64,000 nucleotides of DNA from Alphaproteobacteria bacterium (GCA_045659785.1 JAZRCM010000003.1:31982-95981); one strand, 5' to 3'. Shown: positions 1 to 10,364, numbered from the stretch's first letter. Numbers and translations: made by a program. The notes: generated by a model from the letters alone, not told the origin.

Positions 1-1973
1 GAAAAAGCACTTGCTAAAGTTAGGTTATAGCTTCCTTTCCAAATCAGATATGCTATAATTTCACGAACGTTTGTTCTGGCAATGATAACGTTATAGCTTC
101 CTTTCCAAATCAGATATGCTATAATCCTTTGCTAACTCTTTACCATTAACTTTGAGTTATAGCTTCCTTTCCAAATCAGATATGCTATAATGTCAGGAAG
201 CGGAAAGACATACAGAGCTAAGTTATAGCTTCCTTTCCAAATCAGATATGCTATAATATGACAACTTATTTTATAAAAAGATGACTTGTTATAGCTTCCT
301 TTCCAAATCAGATATGCTATAATTTTAAGTCGTGTTAATGGCGTTTCTTTCGCGTTATAGCTTCCTTTCCAAATCAGATATGCTATAATTAAGGAGTCTG
401 CCGAATAACCAATAAGGCAGTTATAGCTTCCTTTCCAAATCAGATATGCTATAATGCTGCTTGTCCGTCAATATCAGCATACCCAGTTATAGCTTCCTTT
501 CCAAATCAGATATGCTATAATAGTTCGGACTTGCTTAAAGGCTCGGCTAAAGTTATAGCTTCCTTTCCAAATCAGATATGCTATAATAAATTCTCGTCTT
601 CAATTTTGACTTCGTTTGTTATAGCTTCCTTTCCAAATCAGATATGCTATAATTATTCGCCAACTGTCCACGATAAACTTAATGTTATAGCTTCCTTTCC
701 AAATCAGATATGCTATAATCATTGAAAACGGAATAACAAATGAAATACTGTTATAGCTTCCTTTCCAAATCAGATATGCTATAATTACCTTTGACCGCCT
801 GTCATTCGTAATAATGTTATAGCTTCCTTTCCAAATCAGATATGCTATAATTATTTGGCTCTTAATGTTTCCGTTTCTTCTGTTATAGCTTCCTTTCCAA
901 ATCAGATATGCTATAATCAAGCAAATGGTGTTGAAGTGCTGTATTACGTTATAGCTTCCTTTCCAAATCAGATATGCTATAATGAAGCCGGAGCGATTGC
1001 GTCATAGATGATTGTTATAGCTTCCTTTCCAAATCAGATATGCTATAATAACCGAAAACAAAACCGTGTATGATTTCAGTTATAGCTTCCTTTCCAAATC
1101 AGATATGCTATAATCTGTTCATTCTTTAACCCTCATATAATCATGTTATAGCTTCCTTTCCAAATCAGATATGCTATAATAAGTGTATTTTTTACTTGGA
1201 CATTTAATTTGTTATAGCTTCCTTTCCAAATCAGATATGCTATAATCTCCTATAAAATTTATGGTTGCCAATAACTGTTATAGCTTCCTTTCCAAATCAG
1301 ATATGCTATAATCAAAGTCATCGTATATATAAAAGAGCTTACGTTATAGCTTCCTTTCCAAATCAGATATGCTATAATACAGTACCGACAAAAGGTGTCT
1401 TCGTATCTGTTATAGCTTCCTTTCCAAATCAGATATGCTATAATACACAACGCACAGACCGCATGCACATATAAGTTATAGCTTCCTTTCCAAATCAGAT
1501 ATGCTATAATGGGAGCAAAAGAAAGGGCGGTAATACCCGAGTTATAGCTTCCTTTCCAAATCAGATATGCTATAATGTGTTCAAAAGTCATCAAATGGAC
1601 GACCACGTTATAGCTTCCTTTCCAAATCAGATATGCTATAATAATCTATCCGCAAAGGCGAGACCGGAACACGTTATAGCTTCCTTTCCAAATCAGATAT
1701 GCTATAATTCACAATGTAATATAACTATATTAATATTAGTTATAGCTTCCTTTCCAAATCAGATATGCTATAATTTCAATTCTTCAACATTCTTATAACC
1801 TACGAGTTATAGCTTCCTTTCCAAATCAGATATGCTATAATAAGTACGGGCAGCTTCTCCAGTTTCCTTGCGTTATAGCTTCCTTTCCAAATCAGATATG
1901 CTATAATTTAATCCGTGAAACGTTGTCATAACATCAAGTTATAGCTTCCTTTCCAAATCAGATATGCTATAAT
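1..1973 (+). CRISPR. CRISPR array with at least 30 identical 36-nt repeats (GTTATAGCTTCCTTTCCAAATCAGATATGCTATAAT), first full repeat at 24..59 and then every 66 nt (30-nt spacers) to the last repeat at 1938..1973. Positions 1..23 look like a partial spacer, so the array continues upstream of the window.
   Basis: Seen directly: exact 66-nt periodicity, identical repeats, unique 30-nt spacers. Each repeat ends in TGcTATAAT, a perfect extended -10 element, which implies + strand transcription from every repeat. I recall the N. meningitidis II-C repeat as GTTGTAGCTCCCTTTCTCATTTCGCAGTGCTACAAT, which is strongly similar. Confidence 0.97.
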
Positions 1974-1984
1974 ACATACAAATT

Positions 1985-2020
1985 AACCTGTTGATTTTTC
2001 AACAGGTTTTCTTCTTTTTT
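1985..2020 (+). terminator. Rho-independent terminator closing the array transcript (stem aacctgttg/caacaggtt followed by a T-run)
   Basis: Perfect 9-bp inverted repeat followed by ttcttctttttt, immediately after the last repeat. Confidence 0.6.
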
Positions 2021-2030
2021 CAATAAAAAA

Positions 2031-2381
2031 TCACAACAATAAAAGCTGTTTATCACCAATTTTTTCCTCTTTTTTTAGTGTTCCAACCAATATCTCCATA
2101 GAAGCATATTGTTTTTCCGTTACTGTCAATAGTCTAACACTTCCTTCTTTTGGAATCAAGGACTTAAGTCGTTTTGCGTGCTTATCCACAGCATCTTGCC
2201 CCTTACAAATTCGAGAATATACTGATAATTGCAGCATTGTATACCCGTCTTTCACTAGGAAATTCCTAAAGCGACTCGCATTTCGTCTATCTGTTTTTGT
2301 CAGCGTCGGAAGATCAAAAAACACTATTATTCGCATATATCTTTCTCCTCCTACTGCCATTTTATCCACAGCCTCAATCAA
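2031..2381 (-). CDS. cas2: CRISPR-associated endoribonuclease Cas2. The true start may be an internal Met (MAVGG... or MRIIVFFDLP...).
   Basis: ~100-aa protein with an MRIIVFFDLP...L.VYSR Cas2-like N-terminal beta-strand. Overlaps the cas1 stop and is adjacent to the array. Confidence 0.85.
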   Translation of the reverse strand: MIEAVDKMAVGGERYMRIIVFFDLPTLTKTDRRNASRFRNFLVKDGYTMLQLSVYSRICKGQDAVDKHAKRLKSLIPKEGSVRLLTVTEKQYASMEILVGTLKKEEKIGDKQLLLL

Positions 2382-3276
2382 AAAGTGGCATTTTTTTTAG
2401 TATGGGTACTTGCAGATATTTTACATCTTTATTTTTTATCGCTTTGACCATACTTATCGCCATCAGTTCACACGATTTTAAAATATTTATTTCTTCATCA
2501 TTTATTATACAGTTTTGAGTTAACACACTCACTAATTCATTTTTTAAAACAGGAGACAACTCTTTCACATCTTCCAAATTAAGTTTATTAACCTGATAAT
2601 CAACAAAAGCTCGATAAGGCTCCATCATATCGTCAACCAAATTAAACTGATTTAATTTATTAGCATGATGAACTCCGAAACAAGGCAATAATCCGGCTCC
2701 AACTACCGCTCGAGCCATACAACCTCGCATAATTGCGTAACCATAATTCAATGCAGAATTTCGAATATCGAAATCATCATTACGATTAAAATTATCAAAT
2801 AAACTTTTCCAATAAACATTTGCAGCAAAAGCTTCTGAATTTTTAGAATCTCCGGACTGCACCTGTTTAGATATTTCTCGCAATTTTTTTGCATTTACAC
2901 AATTAAACAACTCTAAACACATAGCCTGATTATTAATTTTTGCTTTTACAATTTCTTGCCAAATTCTTTTCTTTAATGGCTCTGACATTTCTATCTGATT
3001 CCAAGCAATTTCAGAATATCGAGAATGATTATGAAAAGGAAAAAATGCCCCCGACGGTAAGTGGGAGGCATCTGTTGAAAACATAACTATATTATTATTG
3101 GCAAATTCTGAAATAAGCGAATTATGTAAAGATATTTGTTTATTTTCTAGAATAATAACCGAAATATCTTCTAAAGGAAGTGTCAAACTTTCTCCTTCTA
3201 AGGGTTGATATAAAAGTTGCTTATTCTTTACTGCCAAATGACATGGCTTTGTTATTTGTAAAATTCGCCACCCCAT
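2374..3276 (-). CDS. cas1: CRISPR-associated integrase Cas1 (type II)
   Basis: 300 aa, translationally coupled to cas9 upstream and cas2 downstream. Cas1-like conserved acidic/His residues are present in the C-terminal half. Confidence 0.9.
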   Translation of the reverse strand: MGWRILQITKPCHLAVKNKQLLYQPLEGESLTLPLEDISVIILENKQISLHNSLISEFANNNIVMFSTDASHLPSGAFFPFHNHSRYSEIAWNQIEMSEPLKKRIWQEIVKAKINNQAMCLELFNCVNAKKLREISKQVQSGDSKNSEAFAANVYWKSLFDNFNRNDDFDIRNSALNYGYAIMRGCMARAVVGAGLLPCFGVHHANKLNQFNLVDDMMEPYRAFVDYQVNKLNLEDVKELSPVLKNELVSVLTQNCIINDEEINILKSCELMAISMVKAIKNKDVKYLQVPILKKMPLFD

Positions 3277-3279
3277 ACA

Positions 3280-6200
3280 TTATCCTTTCTGTTGTTTCCT
3301 TTTTGCTCTATCCTCACGACGTTGCCGTTCTGGTTTGATTTTTTGTGAAAATCTTTCTTTTTCTTTATTTATTTTTGTTAAATTTCCAAGTCTATCTATT
3401 GTAAATTTTTGTAATTTTTCAATAACAGATATATTTACTTTCTTTTCCTTATTGATTTTTATATATGGCTTAGTAGTAATATATTTTTTAGTTGTTTTTC
3501 CTTTTTTATCTAATTTTTCTTTAGCCTCAATAACATTGTATTTACCACTACTTGTAATTGAGCGTAAAACACTTTTTTCATTGTCATATTCAACAATCTG
3601 TGCCTCTATTATCTCTTCATCATCAATCTGTACACGAATATAATCTCCTACTTCCAAAGTACTAGTGTTAATTTCATATTCTCTACTACCATTAATACTT
3701 TCTACAAAAATCTGTCCTGTTCCAGAATCATATTGCTTTACATAACCTGTAAATTCTTCTTTCTCCATAGTCAATATCTTAATATAAGACCCTTTGTATA
3801 AACTGAATACAAAATCATCCGCAACAGCCTCCTTTTCAATACCATCTTTTCCAACAGGCTGAATGATATGTTTGAAATTTTTCTTATGCAGATCAATAGC
3901 ATATATAGGTACACAATAATAACCTTCTACCCCATGATATATATCATATCTAAACATTGAATCTAGTTGGACATCTATGGTATTTTGAGCTGCACTTCTC
4001 GTAATAAGTTCATAACCTTTTTTCTTTTTATTAGGTTGTTTGTGAGCTTGCCCAGTTGCGGAACAACGCACCATTTTGGAAACAGTAACTTTTTCAAGAG
4101 ATTCTAAAACTTGTTCTCTAAATCCCACCCAAGGTACTAAATCTTCTTTATTAGAATGTATTCCTTTTTCTTCAAATTGCTTTAACACACTACATATATA
4201 ATAAATATGTCCGAAAGAAGCACATGCTATTACTATAGCATCTTGAGCATGGTGCTTATTATTTTCGTTTCTATTTTTATCAAGCCCCCACATATGACGG
4301 AGTTTAGCGGTTATTCCTCCTCCTAGAACACGTATACGATTAACATCAAGTATAGTATTATTTTGTGATTGTTCAAAACTAAAATATTTACGCAAATATT
4401 CTGCAATATGACGTGTTGCATAACGAGTATTATTCAAATCTCGAGATATAAAATTCTTCATATCTTCTTCGGTAAAACTTTCACGCAATAAATTACGTTT
4501 TTTTGCACTACTCATCTTATTACCACTTAATACTCTTACCTTGAATTTTTGCCATTCTTCCTTTGTTTTAACCTTATCAAAATATTCATATGGGGTACGA
4601 TTTGCCTTTTCTCTATTTGCCAAATTTGAACACAACACCTTATTTTGTAAGCTATCATTAAAAGAGCGACTAATAGGTATAATATGATCAATATCACAGT
4701 CAAATATACTTATTTGATCTGTTGAAGTATTTACACTATTTTCTAAAGATATTCCTTTTCCTGTATATATACACTTAAAATCTTGTTCTTCAGCTAATCT
4801 GAAACGTAGCAAATTATCTCCCTCATCTGGATTAATACTATTTGCTATACACCTTTCTTTTGCAGCATCACGTTGTTCTTTGTAACGTATTTGTCCATTA
4901 TAAATACGAGCGATTTTATCTTTAGAGTTGGCAACATCTGTTGCTAATTCTATATGAATCTCATCTATAACACCATATGTCTTGTTAATAGCATTAACAG
5001 TTTTACGAAATTCTGCAATAATTCGAGATACAGTCGCATTATTCTTAAATGATCCTGTATATGGTTCTATTAAAGTTGTTTTTTCTACTGCTATGTCTCC
5101 ATAACCTAATTCATTTTTAGCATCATTGAATAACATACCATTTGACATTTTGAAATTCAATTCTGATAAAGCTTTACGTGAAAAATGTGTAACTTCCTTC
5201 ATATTTAATTCAAGAATTTTATTAATGATTTCTTCATTATCAATTCCTTTATCTTTCAAATATGAGACACGCATTTCATCTGTTTGATAATATACAAGAG
5301 CTTCTGCTATATCATTTAGCTTGTCTTTAATATCATTAAAAAAGCTTCCTAGGCCTTTTTTTAACATATGGTAACCAGAAAACTCAACAAATATTTCTTT
5401 TTCAAACTGAGCAAGATACTTATCAATTCCTATCTCTGCTTCTGATAAACAGTAGTCCTTCTTAATTATTTCAAAACGGCTATTTTCAGAAATTGATAAT
5501 TGTTTACGTACATCAGAAAAATAATATTTAATTTTTTTTGCATTTACATACTTGTTAAAATATTCATTTGCTTTTGCCTTTAGCTCTTCCCAGCAACTAT
5601 ATTGATATTCACCAGTATTCGTATCGTACAAATTTAATTTTTCATCATTAAATTCTTCCAACTTATCTTTTTCTATTGTAATACTTTTTTCATATTCAGG
5701 ATTAAATTCTCGATATGAACATAAATTAAATCTTTGGCAAACATCTAATTTAAGTAACTGTCGCAAATCGCTAAAAGAAACTTTAACTTTCTTGTTAAGA
5801 GCAAAATCTAATATTTTTTTACGCTCATCATCTTTTAAATCTTCCCTATTTTTTATCTTCAAATTATTTACGCGATTATAAAACGTGAATAGTTCCGCTT
5901 CATAACCATGTTTAGGAAAACGCAGTTCTCCGCGTAGTAACTCGCACTCTCCTATCATTTTTTTGATATTGGTATCATTCAATGGATGAGTGTACATTAA
6001 AACTTCTTTAATATAACGTTCTTCAAACTCTTTAGATAAAATAGTATTACCCTGTCCTCTCTGGAACTCAAAAATCTTATTCACTTCATCTATCAATTCC
6101 GTTCTATATAATGAAATGCCATAATCATCCTTATGATTATGTTTTTTACCTTCTTTGTTAAAAATATACTCCCCTATCGTAGTGCAACCACTCTCTTTAA

Positions 6201-6783
6201 ACTCATTTCTAATAGTTGCAATTCCAAATTTTACTTTTTTATCTTCAGAAGTTTTGTTTTCTTTGGACGGTTCTAATATTTCTTTTTCCTCTGCTTTTGT
6301 TGGAAAATAAAAACCTCTATGATTGGCAATATGATATAATATTCTAAATATTTCTTTTTTTTGCAACTTTTCATATATTGATCGTTTTCTTAATCTCCAT
6401 ATATCCCAATCTTTATCTTTCCAACATGTTGCTTTTTTAGTAGTATTTTGTTCTTTTGGTGCAGAAAATACTTCATTAAAATTAAAATCTTTTGAAATGA
6501 TACCATATTCTTTGGCTAATTTAATAAGGTATCTAAGACGTTCAGCTTTTCGCTCAATAGTCGCTCTTGTTCTGCGCTTCTCTCCTCTATCTGCTAATAA
6601 ACTCTTTCCTGATCTGTCAACAGGTTCATCAAAAACTCTTACTCCACTAGCAACAATCTTTCCATTTTTAATTCGGTACTTAGCCTCATTTTCTTTACCA
6701 TCTAGTAGTTCTTCATCCAAATCAACTACAGCCCAACCGAGTGAGCCTATACCTAAATCTAATCCAAGTACTCTCTTTTTCAT
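3280..6783 (-). CDS. cas9: Cas9 endonuclease, type II-C. Probably ~1167 aa, starting at MKKRVLGLDLGIGSLGWAVV; the ORF track extends 18 codons further upstream.
   Basis: RuvC-I motif (LGLDLGIGSLGWAV) at the N-terminus, an arginine-rich bridge helix (RGEKRRTRATIERKAERLRYL), an HNH motif (DIDHIIPISRSFNDSLQNKVLCSNLANREK) and RuvC-III (HHAQDAIVIA). Followed directly by cas1-cas2 with no csn2 or cas4. Confidence 0.97.
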   Translation of the reverse strand: MKKRVLGLDLGIGSLGWAVVDLDEELLDGKENEAKYRIKNGKIVASGVRVFDEPVDRSGKSLLADRGEKRRTRATIERKAERLRYLIKLAKEYGIISKDFNFNEVFSAPKEQNTTKKATCWKDKDWDIWRLRKRSIYEKLQKKEIFRILYHIANHRGFYFPTKAEEKEILEPSKENKTSEDKKVKFGIATIRNEFKESGCTTIGEYIFNKEGKKHNHKDDYGISLYRTELIDEVNKIFEFQRGQGNTILSKEFEERYIKEVLMYTHPLNDTNIKKMIGECELLRGELRFPKHGYEAELFTFYNRVNNLKIKNREDLKDDERKKILDFALNKKVKVSFSDLRQLLKLDVCQRFNLCSYREFNPEYEKSITIEKDKLEEFNDEKLNLYDTNTGEYQYSCWEELKAKANEYFNKYVNAKKIKYYFSDVRKQLSISENSRFEIIKKDYCLSEAEIGIDKYLAQFEKEIFVEFSGYHMLKKGLGSFFNDIKDKLNDIAEALVYYQTDEMRVSYLKDKGIDNEEIINKILELNMKEVTHFSRKALSELNFKMSNGMLFNDAKNELGYGDIAVEKTTLIEPYTGSFKNNATVSRIIAEFRKTVNAINKTYGVIDEIHIELATDVANSKDKIARIYNGQIRYKEQRDAAKERCIANSINPDEGDNLLRFRLAEEQDFKCIYTGKGISLENSVNTSTDQISIFDCDIDHIIPISRSFNDSLQNKVLCSNLANREKANRTPYEYFDKVKTKEEWQKFKVRVLSGNKMSSAKKRNLLRESFTEEDMKNFISRDLNNTRYATRHIAEYLRKYFSFEQSQNNTILDVNRIRVLGGGITAKLRHMWGLDKNRNENNKHHAQDAIVIACASFGHIYYICSVLKQFEEKGIHSNKEDLVPWVGFREQVLESLEKVTVSKMVRCSATGQAHKQPNKKKKGYELITRSAAQNTIDVQLDSMFRYDIYHGVEGYYCVPIYAIDLHKKNFKHIIQPVGKDGIEKEAVADDFVFSLYKGSYIKILTMEKEEFTGYVKQYDSGTGQIFVESINGSREYEINTSTLEVGDYIRVQIDDEEIIEAQIVEYDNEKSVLRSITSSGKYNVIEAKEKLDKKGKTTKKYITTKPYIKINKEKKVNISVIEKLQKFTIDRLGNLTKINKEKERFSQKIKPERQRREDRAKRKQQKG

Positions 6784-6849
6784 TTTTAACACCCATATAA
6801 AAATTATCTTGACTACAACTTTAGCATTTGCTATCAATAAAGCAAGATA

Positions 6850-6974
6850 TTTTTAATTGTATTGTCTGATTTGGAAAGGAAGCATTATAACAATTGAAAA
6901 TTTCTTATCGAAATTTTTCGAGTGGGGCCCTGGCGATAGTCAACTTGTTTGATGTGTAGCCATCCCCTTTTTTG
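6850..6974 (+). ncRNA. tracrRNA candidate, divergent from cas9. Anti-repeat at ~6861..6891 (ATTGTCTGATTTGGAAAGGAAGCATTATAAC), then a small hairpin and a 3' G/C-rich hairpin ending in a T6 run at 6968..6973.
   Basis: 19 contiguous nt (TCTGATTTGGAAAGGAAGC) plus flanking partial matches are complementary to the CRISPR repeat, with a bulge. Orientation is compatible with + strand crRNAs. A possible promoter sits upstream (TTGACT 6809..6814, then a TGcTATCAAT-like -10). Confidence 0.75.
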
Positions 6975-6978
6975 ATAC

Positions 6979-7010
6979 AAAAAAACAGGCCGGAGCCTGT
7001 TATTTTTGTG
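6979..7010. terminator. Bidirectional hairpin terminator (acaggc-cgga-gcctgt) with A-run and T-run flanks, shared by tracrRNA read-through and the convergent membrane-protein gene
   Basis: aaaaaaacaggccggagcctgttatttttgtg. Confidence 0.5.
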
Positions 7011-7971
7011 TTATTTCTTTTAACATTTTGCGGCGACGAACACCTAAATATGTTTCATACCCCACTAGAGCAACTGCCGAAACTATCAACGGCAATAAAT
7101 AGTATATAATTCGATATGCAATCAAAGCTCCGAATAACATTAAGCGGTCATTATCGCCAGGAATTATGAACATAAACAATCCTTCAAAAACTCCCAATCC
7201 ACCCGGAACCTGACTAAATACACCCAGTACTTGAGCAATAATAAACACTCCCATAAATGTCATAAATTCGATATGCACAAACGGAATAAGCACAAAATAC
7301 AGCACCAATGACGCCATAACAATATCAATCGCTCCCAAGAGCATTTGAGCCAAAGCCATTGAGAAAGAAGGCATATCCAATGAAACACCTTTTACATCTA
7401 TCGGTTTTTTATAAAAAATGCTTAATCCGAAATAGCCTAACAAACCGACAAATGACAACAAAGTCACAATTTGAGTTGTAAATTTAGAAACAGTTCCGGC
7501 TCCGATTGCTTGTGACGGAGTTAAGAGATAACCGACAATAATCAAAAAGAAACAAGCAACTAAATATGTAAATCCTGAAAACGTAACCATACGAACAATT
7601 TCTGTCGCTCTGAAACGCCAACGAGTATATAAACGATATCTTATTGTTCCACCGGAAACAATCGCATGTCCTGCATTATTACTCACCGAAAAACCGATAA
7701 ATCCGGCAAACACCCATTTCCAAATTGCAACACGTCGTTTTATGTAACGAAGCGCCAAATAATCGTATGAAGACAAAGCAATATATCCGCCAAAAGAGGC
7801 TAATCCGGCCATAATCAAATTTTTATGCGGAATATCCAACAACGCATTTTTTATATCTTCCAAACTATATTTCGAAAGCTGATGATAAAGCATATACGCA
7901 GCCAAGGCAAAGAAAAATAATCCTGCCCATGAAACAGCTTTCTTTAATACTCTTTTGGTTTGAAATGCCAT
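7000..7971 (-). CDS. Polytopic membrane protein, flippase-like / lysylphosphatidylglycerol-synthase transmembrane-domain family
   Basis: 323 aa with ~8 predicted TM helices. The family assignment is from memory of the LPG_synthase_TM domain pattern. Confidence 0.45.
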   Translation of the reverse strand: MAFQTKRVLKKAVSWAGLFFFALAAYMLYHQLSKYSLEDIKNALLDIPHKNLIMAGLASFGGYIALSSYDYLALRYIKRRVAIWKWVFAGFIGFSVSNNAGHAIVSGGTIRYRLYTRWRFRATEIVRMVTFSGFTYLVACFFLIIVGYLLTPSQAIGAGTVSKFTTQIVTLLSFVGLLGYFGLSIFYKKPIDVKGVSLDMPSFSMALAQMLLGAIDIVMASLVLYFVLIPFVHIEFMTFMGVFIIAQVLGVFSQVPGGLGVFEGLFMFIIPGDNDRLMLFGALIAYRIIYYLLPLIVSAVALVGYETYLGVRRRKMLKEITQK

Positions 7972-8029
7972 TTATCAACTCCATTAATTTTCTAAATATA
8001 TAATCACTAATTACTAAAAGATTATAAAC

Positions 8030-8869
8030 TTAATAAAAAAAATCTAATAAAATTCCGCTCACAACCGCTGAAACATATAAAATCGCCACAATTTTAAGAT
8101 TTTCGTTTCGGTTATGATTAATCCTAAACAAAACCAAAAGACCTACCCCTGCTCCCGATAATGTTCCCGCCATCATAGAACCAAAACTCATCGCACCGTC
8201 AATATATAATTGCGTAATTGCTACAGATGCGGAACAATTCGGAACCAAACCGACAAAAGCGGATGTAATCGGACCTAAAATCGGTCGATTAAAAACAATA
8301 TCATTCAAAAAACTTTCGCCTAATATGGTCAATAGTCCATTAAGAGCCAACGTTACCAACAACACAAAAATTGTTATCTTAAAGGAATGAATTAATGCCG
8401 GCTTTATAATTCCGCCACCATCACAGTGACAGTCTTCTTGCTCACATAAAGTTTCAACATCAACCGGCAACGGAGATTTTCGAAAAGCAACATCACACAG
8501 TAAGCCGAAAAATATTCCTAAAAACAACTTTATCGCTAATATTTTTACAATCAATATAGGTTCAACCGTATTAGAAATTAAAATCGGCAACATCTCATCT
8601 GAGGTTGTCAAAAACACGGCAATCAATGTACCTAACGAAATTGCTTTTACCGCATAAAAGTTCGAAGCCGCAGCGGCAAAACCGCATTGAGGTAACAATC
8701 CGGCAAATGCTCCGGCGATTGTTCCTAATTTTCCTGCTTTTCCGATTAGATTAAGTGATTTTTCCGATGATTTTTTCTCTAACCATTCCAATAATAAATA
8801 CGTCAGAAATAAAAAAGGAAAAACCTTCAATGCACTAAAAAAACTATGTATTATCATTTCAATTAACAA
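8030..8869 (-). CDS. COG0701-like permease (ArsP/YraQ-like) with duplicated Cys motifs and a Cys/His-rich loop
   Basis: Two repeated halves containing LPQCGF and VPNCSAS motifs. The central loop CEQEDCHCDGGG suggests metal or metalloid binding. Confidence 0.4.
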   Translation of the reverse strand: MLIEMIIHSFFSALKVFPFLFLTYLLLEWLEKKSSEKSLNLIGKAGKLGTIAGAFAGLLPQCGFAAAASNFYAVKAISLGTLIAVFLTTSDEMLPILISNTVEPILIVKILAIKLFLGIFFGLLCDVAFRKSPLPVDVETLCEQEDCHCDGGGIIKPALIHSFKITIFVLLVTLALNGLLTILGESFLNDIVFNRPILGPITSAFVGLVPNCSASVAITQLYIDGAMSFGSMMAGTLSGAGVGLLVLFRINHNRNENLKIVAILYVSAVVSGILLDFFY

Positions 8870-10245
8870 TTAATGTTTGTAGCAAGTCCGGCTAATGATG
8901 TTTCTTTATACTTTGAACTCAAACTCAAACCGGTTTCATACATTGTTTTAATAATGTTATCAAGACTGACAATATGCGGACCATTAGGATTGCGCATAGC
9001 TAAACGAGCCGCATTAACCGCTTTAACTGCCCCCATTGCATTACGTTCAATACATGGTACCTGAACAAGTCCTTTAATCGGGTCACAGGTCAAACCTAAA
9101 TTGTGCTCCATTGCAATTTCCGCAGCATTTTCAATTTGACGTAAATTACCACCCAAAACTGCAACCAAACCACCGGCGGCCATAGAACACGCAACTCCTA
9201 TTTCGCCCTGACATCCGACTTCGGCACCGGAAATAGAGGCATTTGTACGATATAAACTGCAAATAGCAGAAGCTGTTGTCAAAAATACTATATTGGCTTT
9301 TTCTAAACTAAAAGGTGATTTTTGAATTGCAAAACGTTGATAATAGCGCATAACAGCCGGGAGAACGCCTGCAGATCCCATTGTCGGAGCGGTAACGATT
9401 TTACCTCCACAAGCATTTTCTTCTGCAACAGCAAATGCCCATAAATTAATCCAATCAACAATCATCAATGCATCAACATTGTTTTCGGCAAATTTTGTAG
9501 TTAAATCATTATAGATTCCGGCAGCTCGTCTTTTCAATTTTAATCCGCCGGGCAAAATTCCCTCAATTTTAACACCTCTGTCAACCGTTGCCTGCATAAT
9601 ATCGGCAATACGCAAAATTTCTTTTCTGACTTTAGCGGGAGATTGTAATTTTTGTTCGTTTTTCAGCACCAATTCTGATATTGTTAATTGGTCTTTATGA
9701 CACATTTCTAAAAGTTCTTTACAACTATTAAATTGGTACGGAACTTTATATGGCTTACGTTCAATTCGTTGTGTCATTTCATCTTGGCGAGCAATGGTAC
9801 CACCGCCAACGGAAAAATATGTTTCTTCCAAAATGATATTATCGTTGCCGTCATAGGCCGTAATTTTCATACCGTTTGAATGTTCGGGAAGAAATATTTT
9901 TTTCTCTAAAATTATATCTTCATCAAAATTAAAATCGATAACCGATTTTCCGCCTAAATTAAGTTTTTTGCTTTCCTTAACCTGTCCGATATAATCAATA
10001 TCCAAATCTATATTTTGTGCTTCAAGCCCCATCAAACCATAGACAACCGCGTTTAACGTTCCGTGTCCTAATCCGGTCAAAGCCAAAGAACCGTACAAAG
10101 TTGTTTTGACAGTTTTGACATTATTCAAATCTGTTTTTTCTGCCAAATTATCTACATATCTTTTTGCTGCTCTCATCGGACCAACCGTATGAGAACTTGA
10201 CGGACCGATTCCTACCGAAAAAATTTCAAACAAACTATAATACAT
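8863..10245 (-). CDS. sdaA: L-serine dehydratase, single-chain iron-sulfur type
   Basis: N-terminal [19 protein letters not shown] signature and 460 aa length. Confidence 0.85.
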   Translation of the reverse strand: MYYSLFEIFSVGIGPSSSHTVGPMRAAKRYVDNLAEKTDLNNVKTVKTTLYGSLALTGLGHGTLNAVVYGLMGLEAQNIDLDIDYIGQVKESKKLNLGGKSVIDFNFDEDIILEKKIFLPEHSNGMKITAYDGNDNIILEETYFSVGGGTIARQDEMTQRIERKPYKVPYQFNSCKELLEMCHKDQLTISELVLKNEQKLQSPAKVRKEILRIADIMQATVDRGVKIEGILPGGLKLKRRAAGIYNDLTTKFAENNVDALMIVDWINLWAFAVAEENACGGKIVTAPTMGSAGVLPAVMRYYQRFAIQKSPFSLEKANIVFLTTASAICSLYRTNASISGAEVGCQGEIGVACSMAAGGLVAVLGGNLRQIENAAEIAMEHNLGLTCDPIKGLVQVPCIERNAMGAVKAVNAARLAMRNPNGPHIVSLDNIIKTMYETGLSLSSKYKETSLAGLATNINC

Positions 10246-10310
10246 ATTTCACCTCATGAGGCGATATTAGCCTTTCTTTTTTATTTTGCAAGCTTCAACA
10301 TCCCTCTTTT

Positions 10311-10345
10311 AAACAAAAAAATAAGCGTCCCAAAGGACGCCTATC
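10311..10345 (-). terminator. Terminator for the GC-rich secreted-protein gene (gcgtcc-caaa-ggacgc followed by a T-run on the - strand)
   Basis: Perfect 6-bp stem hairpin with a poly-T on the minus strand, just downstream of the 10365 stop. Confidence 0.55.
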
Positions 10346-10364
10346 TTTTCATTTCGCGATGAAC

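Noticed and set aside
531-1798. Multiple + and - strand ORFs inside the array (531..725, 600..920, 1259..1606, 1265..1474, 1577..1798), translating to repeated VIASFPNQICYN or IIAYLIWKGSYN peptides
   Set aside because: They are artefacts of translating the periodic CRISPR repeat, not genes.
3335-6856. Antisense ORFs within cas9 (3335..3643 +, 6497..6856 +)
   Set aside because: They are low-complexity reading frames antisense to a well-supported cas9 with no independent signals. 6497..6856 also overlaps the tracrRNA promoter.
6861-6891. tracrRNA on the minus strand (array transcribed from the - strand)
   Set aside because: The minus-strand continuation has no terminator and runs into the cas9 start. 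The repeat-embedded extended -10 and the + strand terminators fit + strand transcription.
2031-7000. Type II-A or II-B assignment (csn2 or cas4)
   Set aside because: No fourth cas gene is present. The array directly abuts cas2 and the tracrRNA directly abuts cas9.
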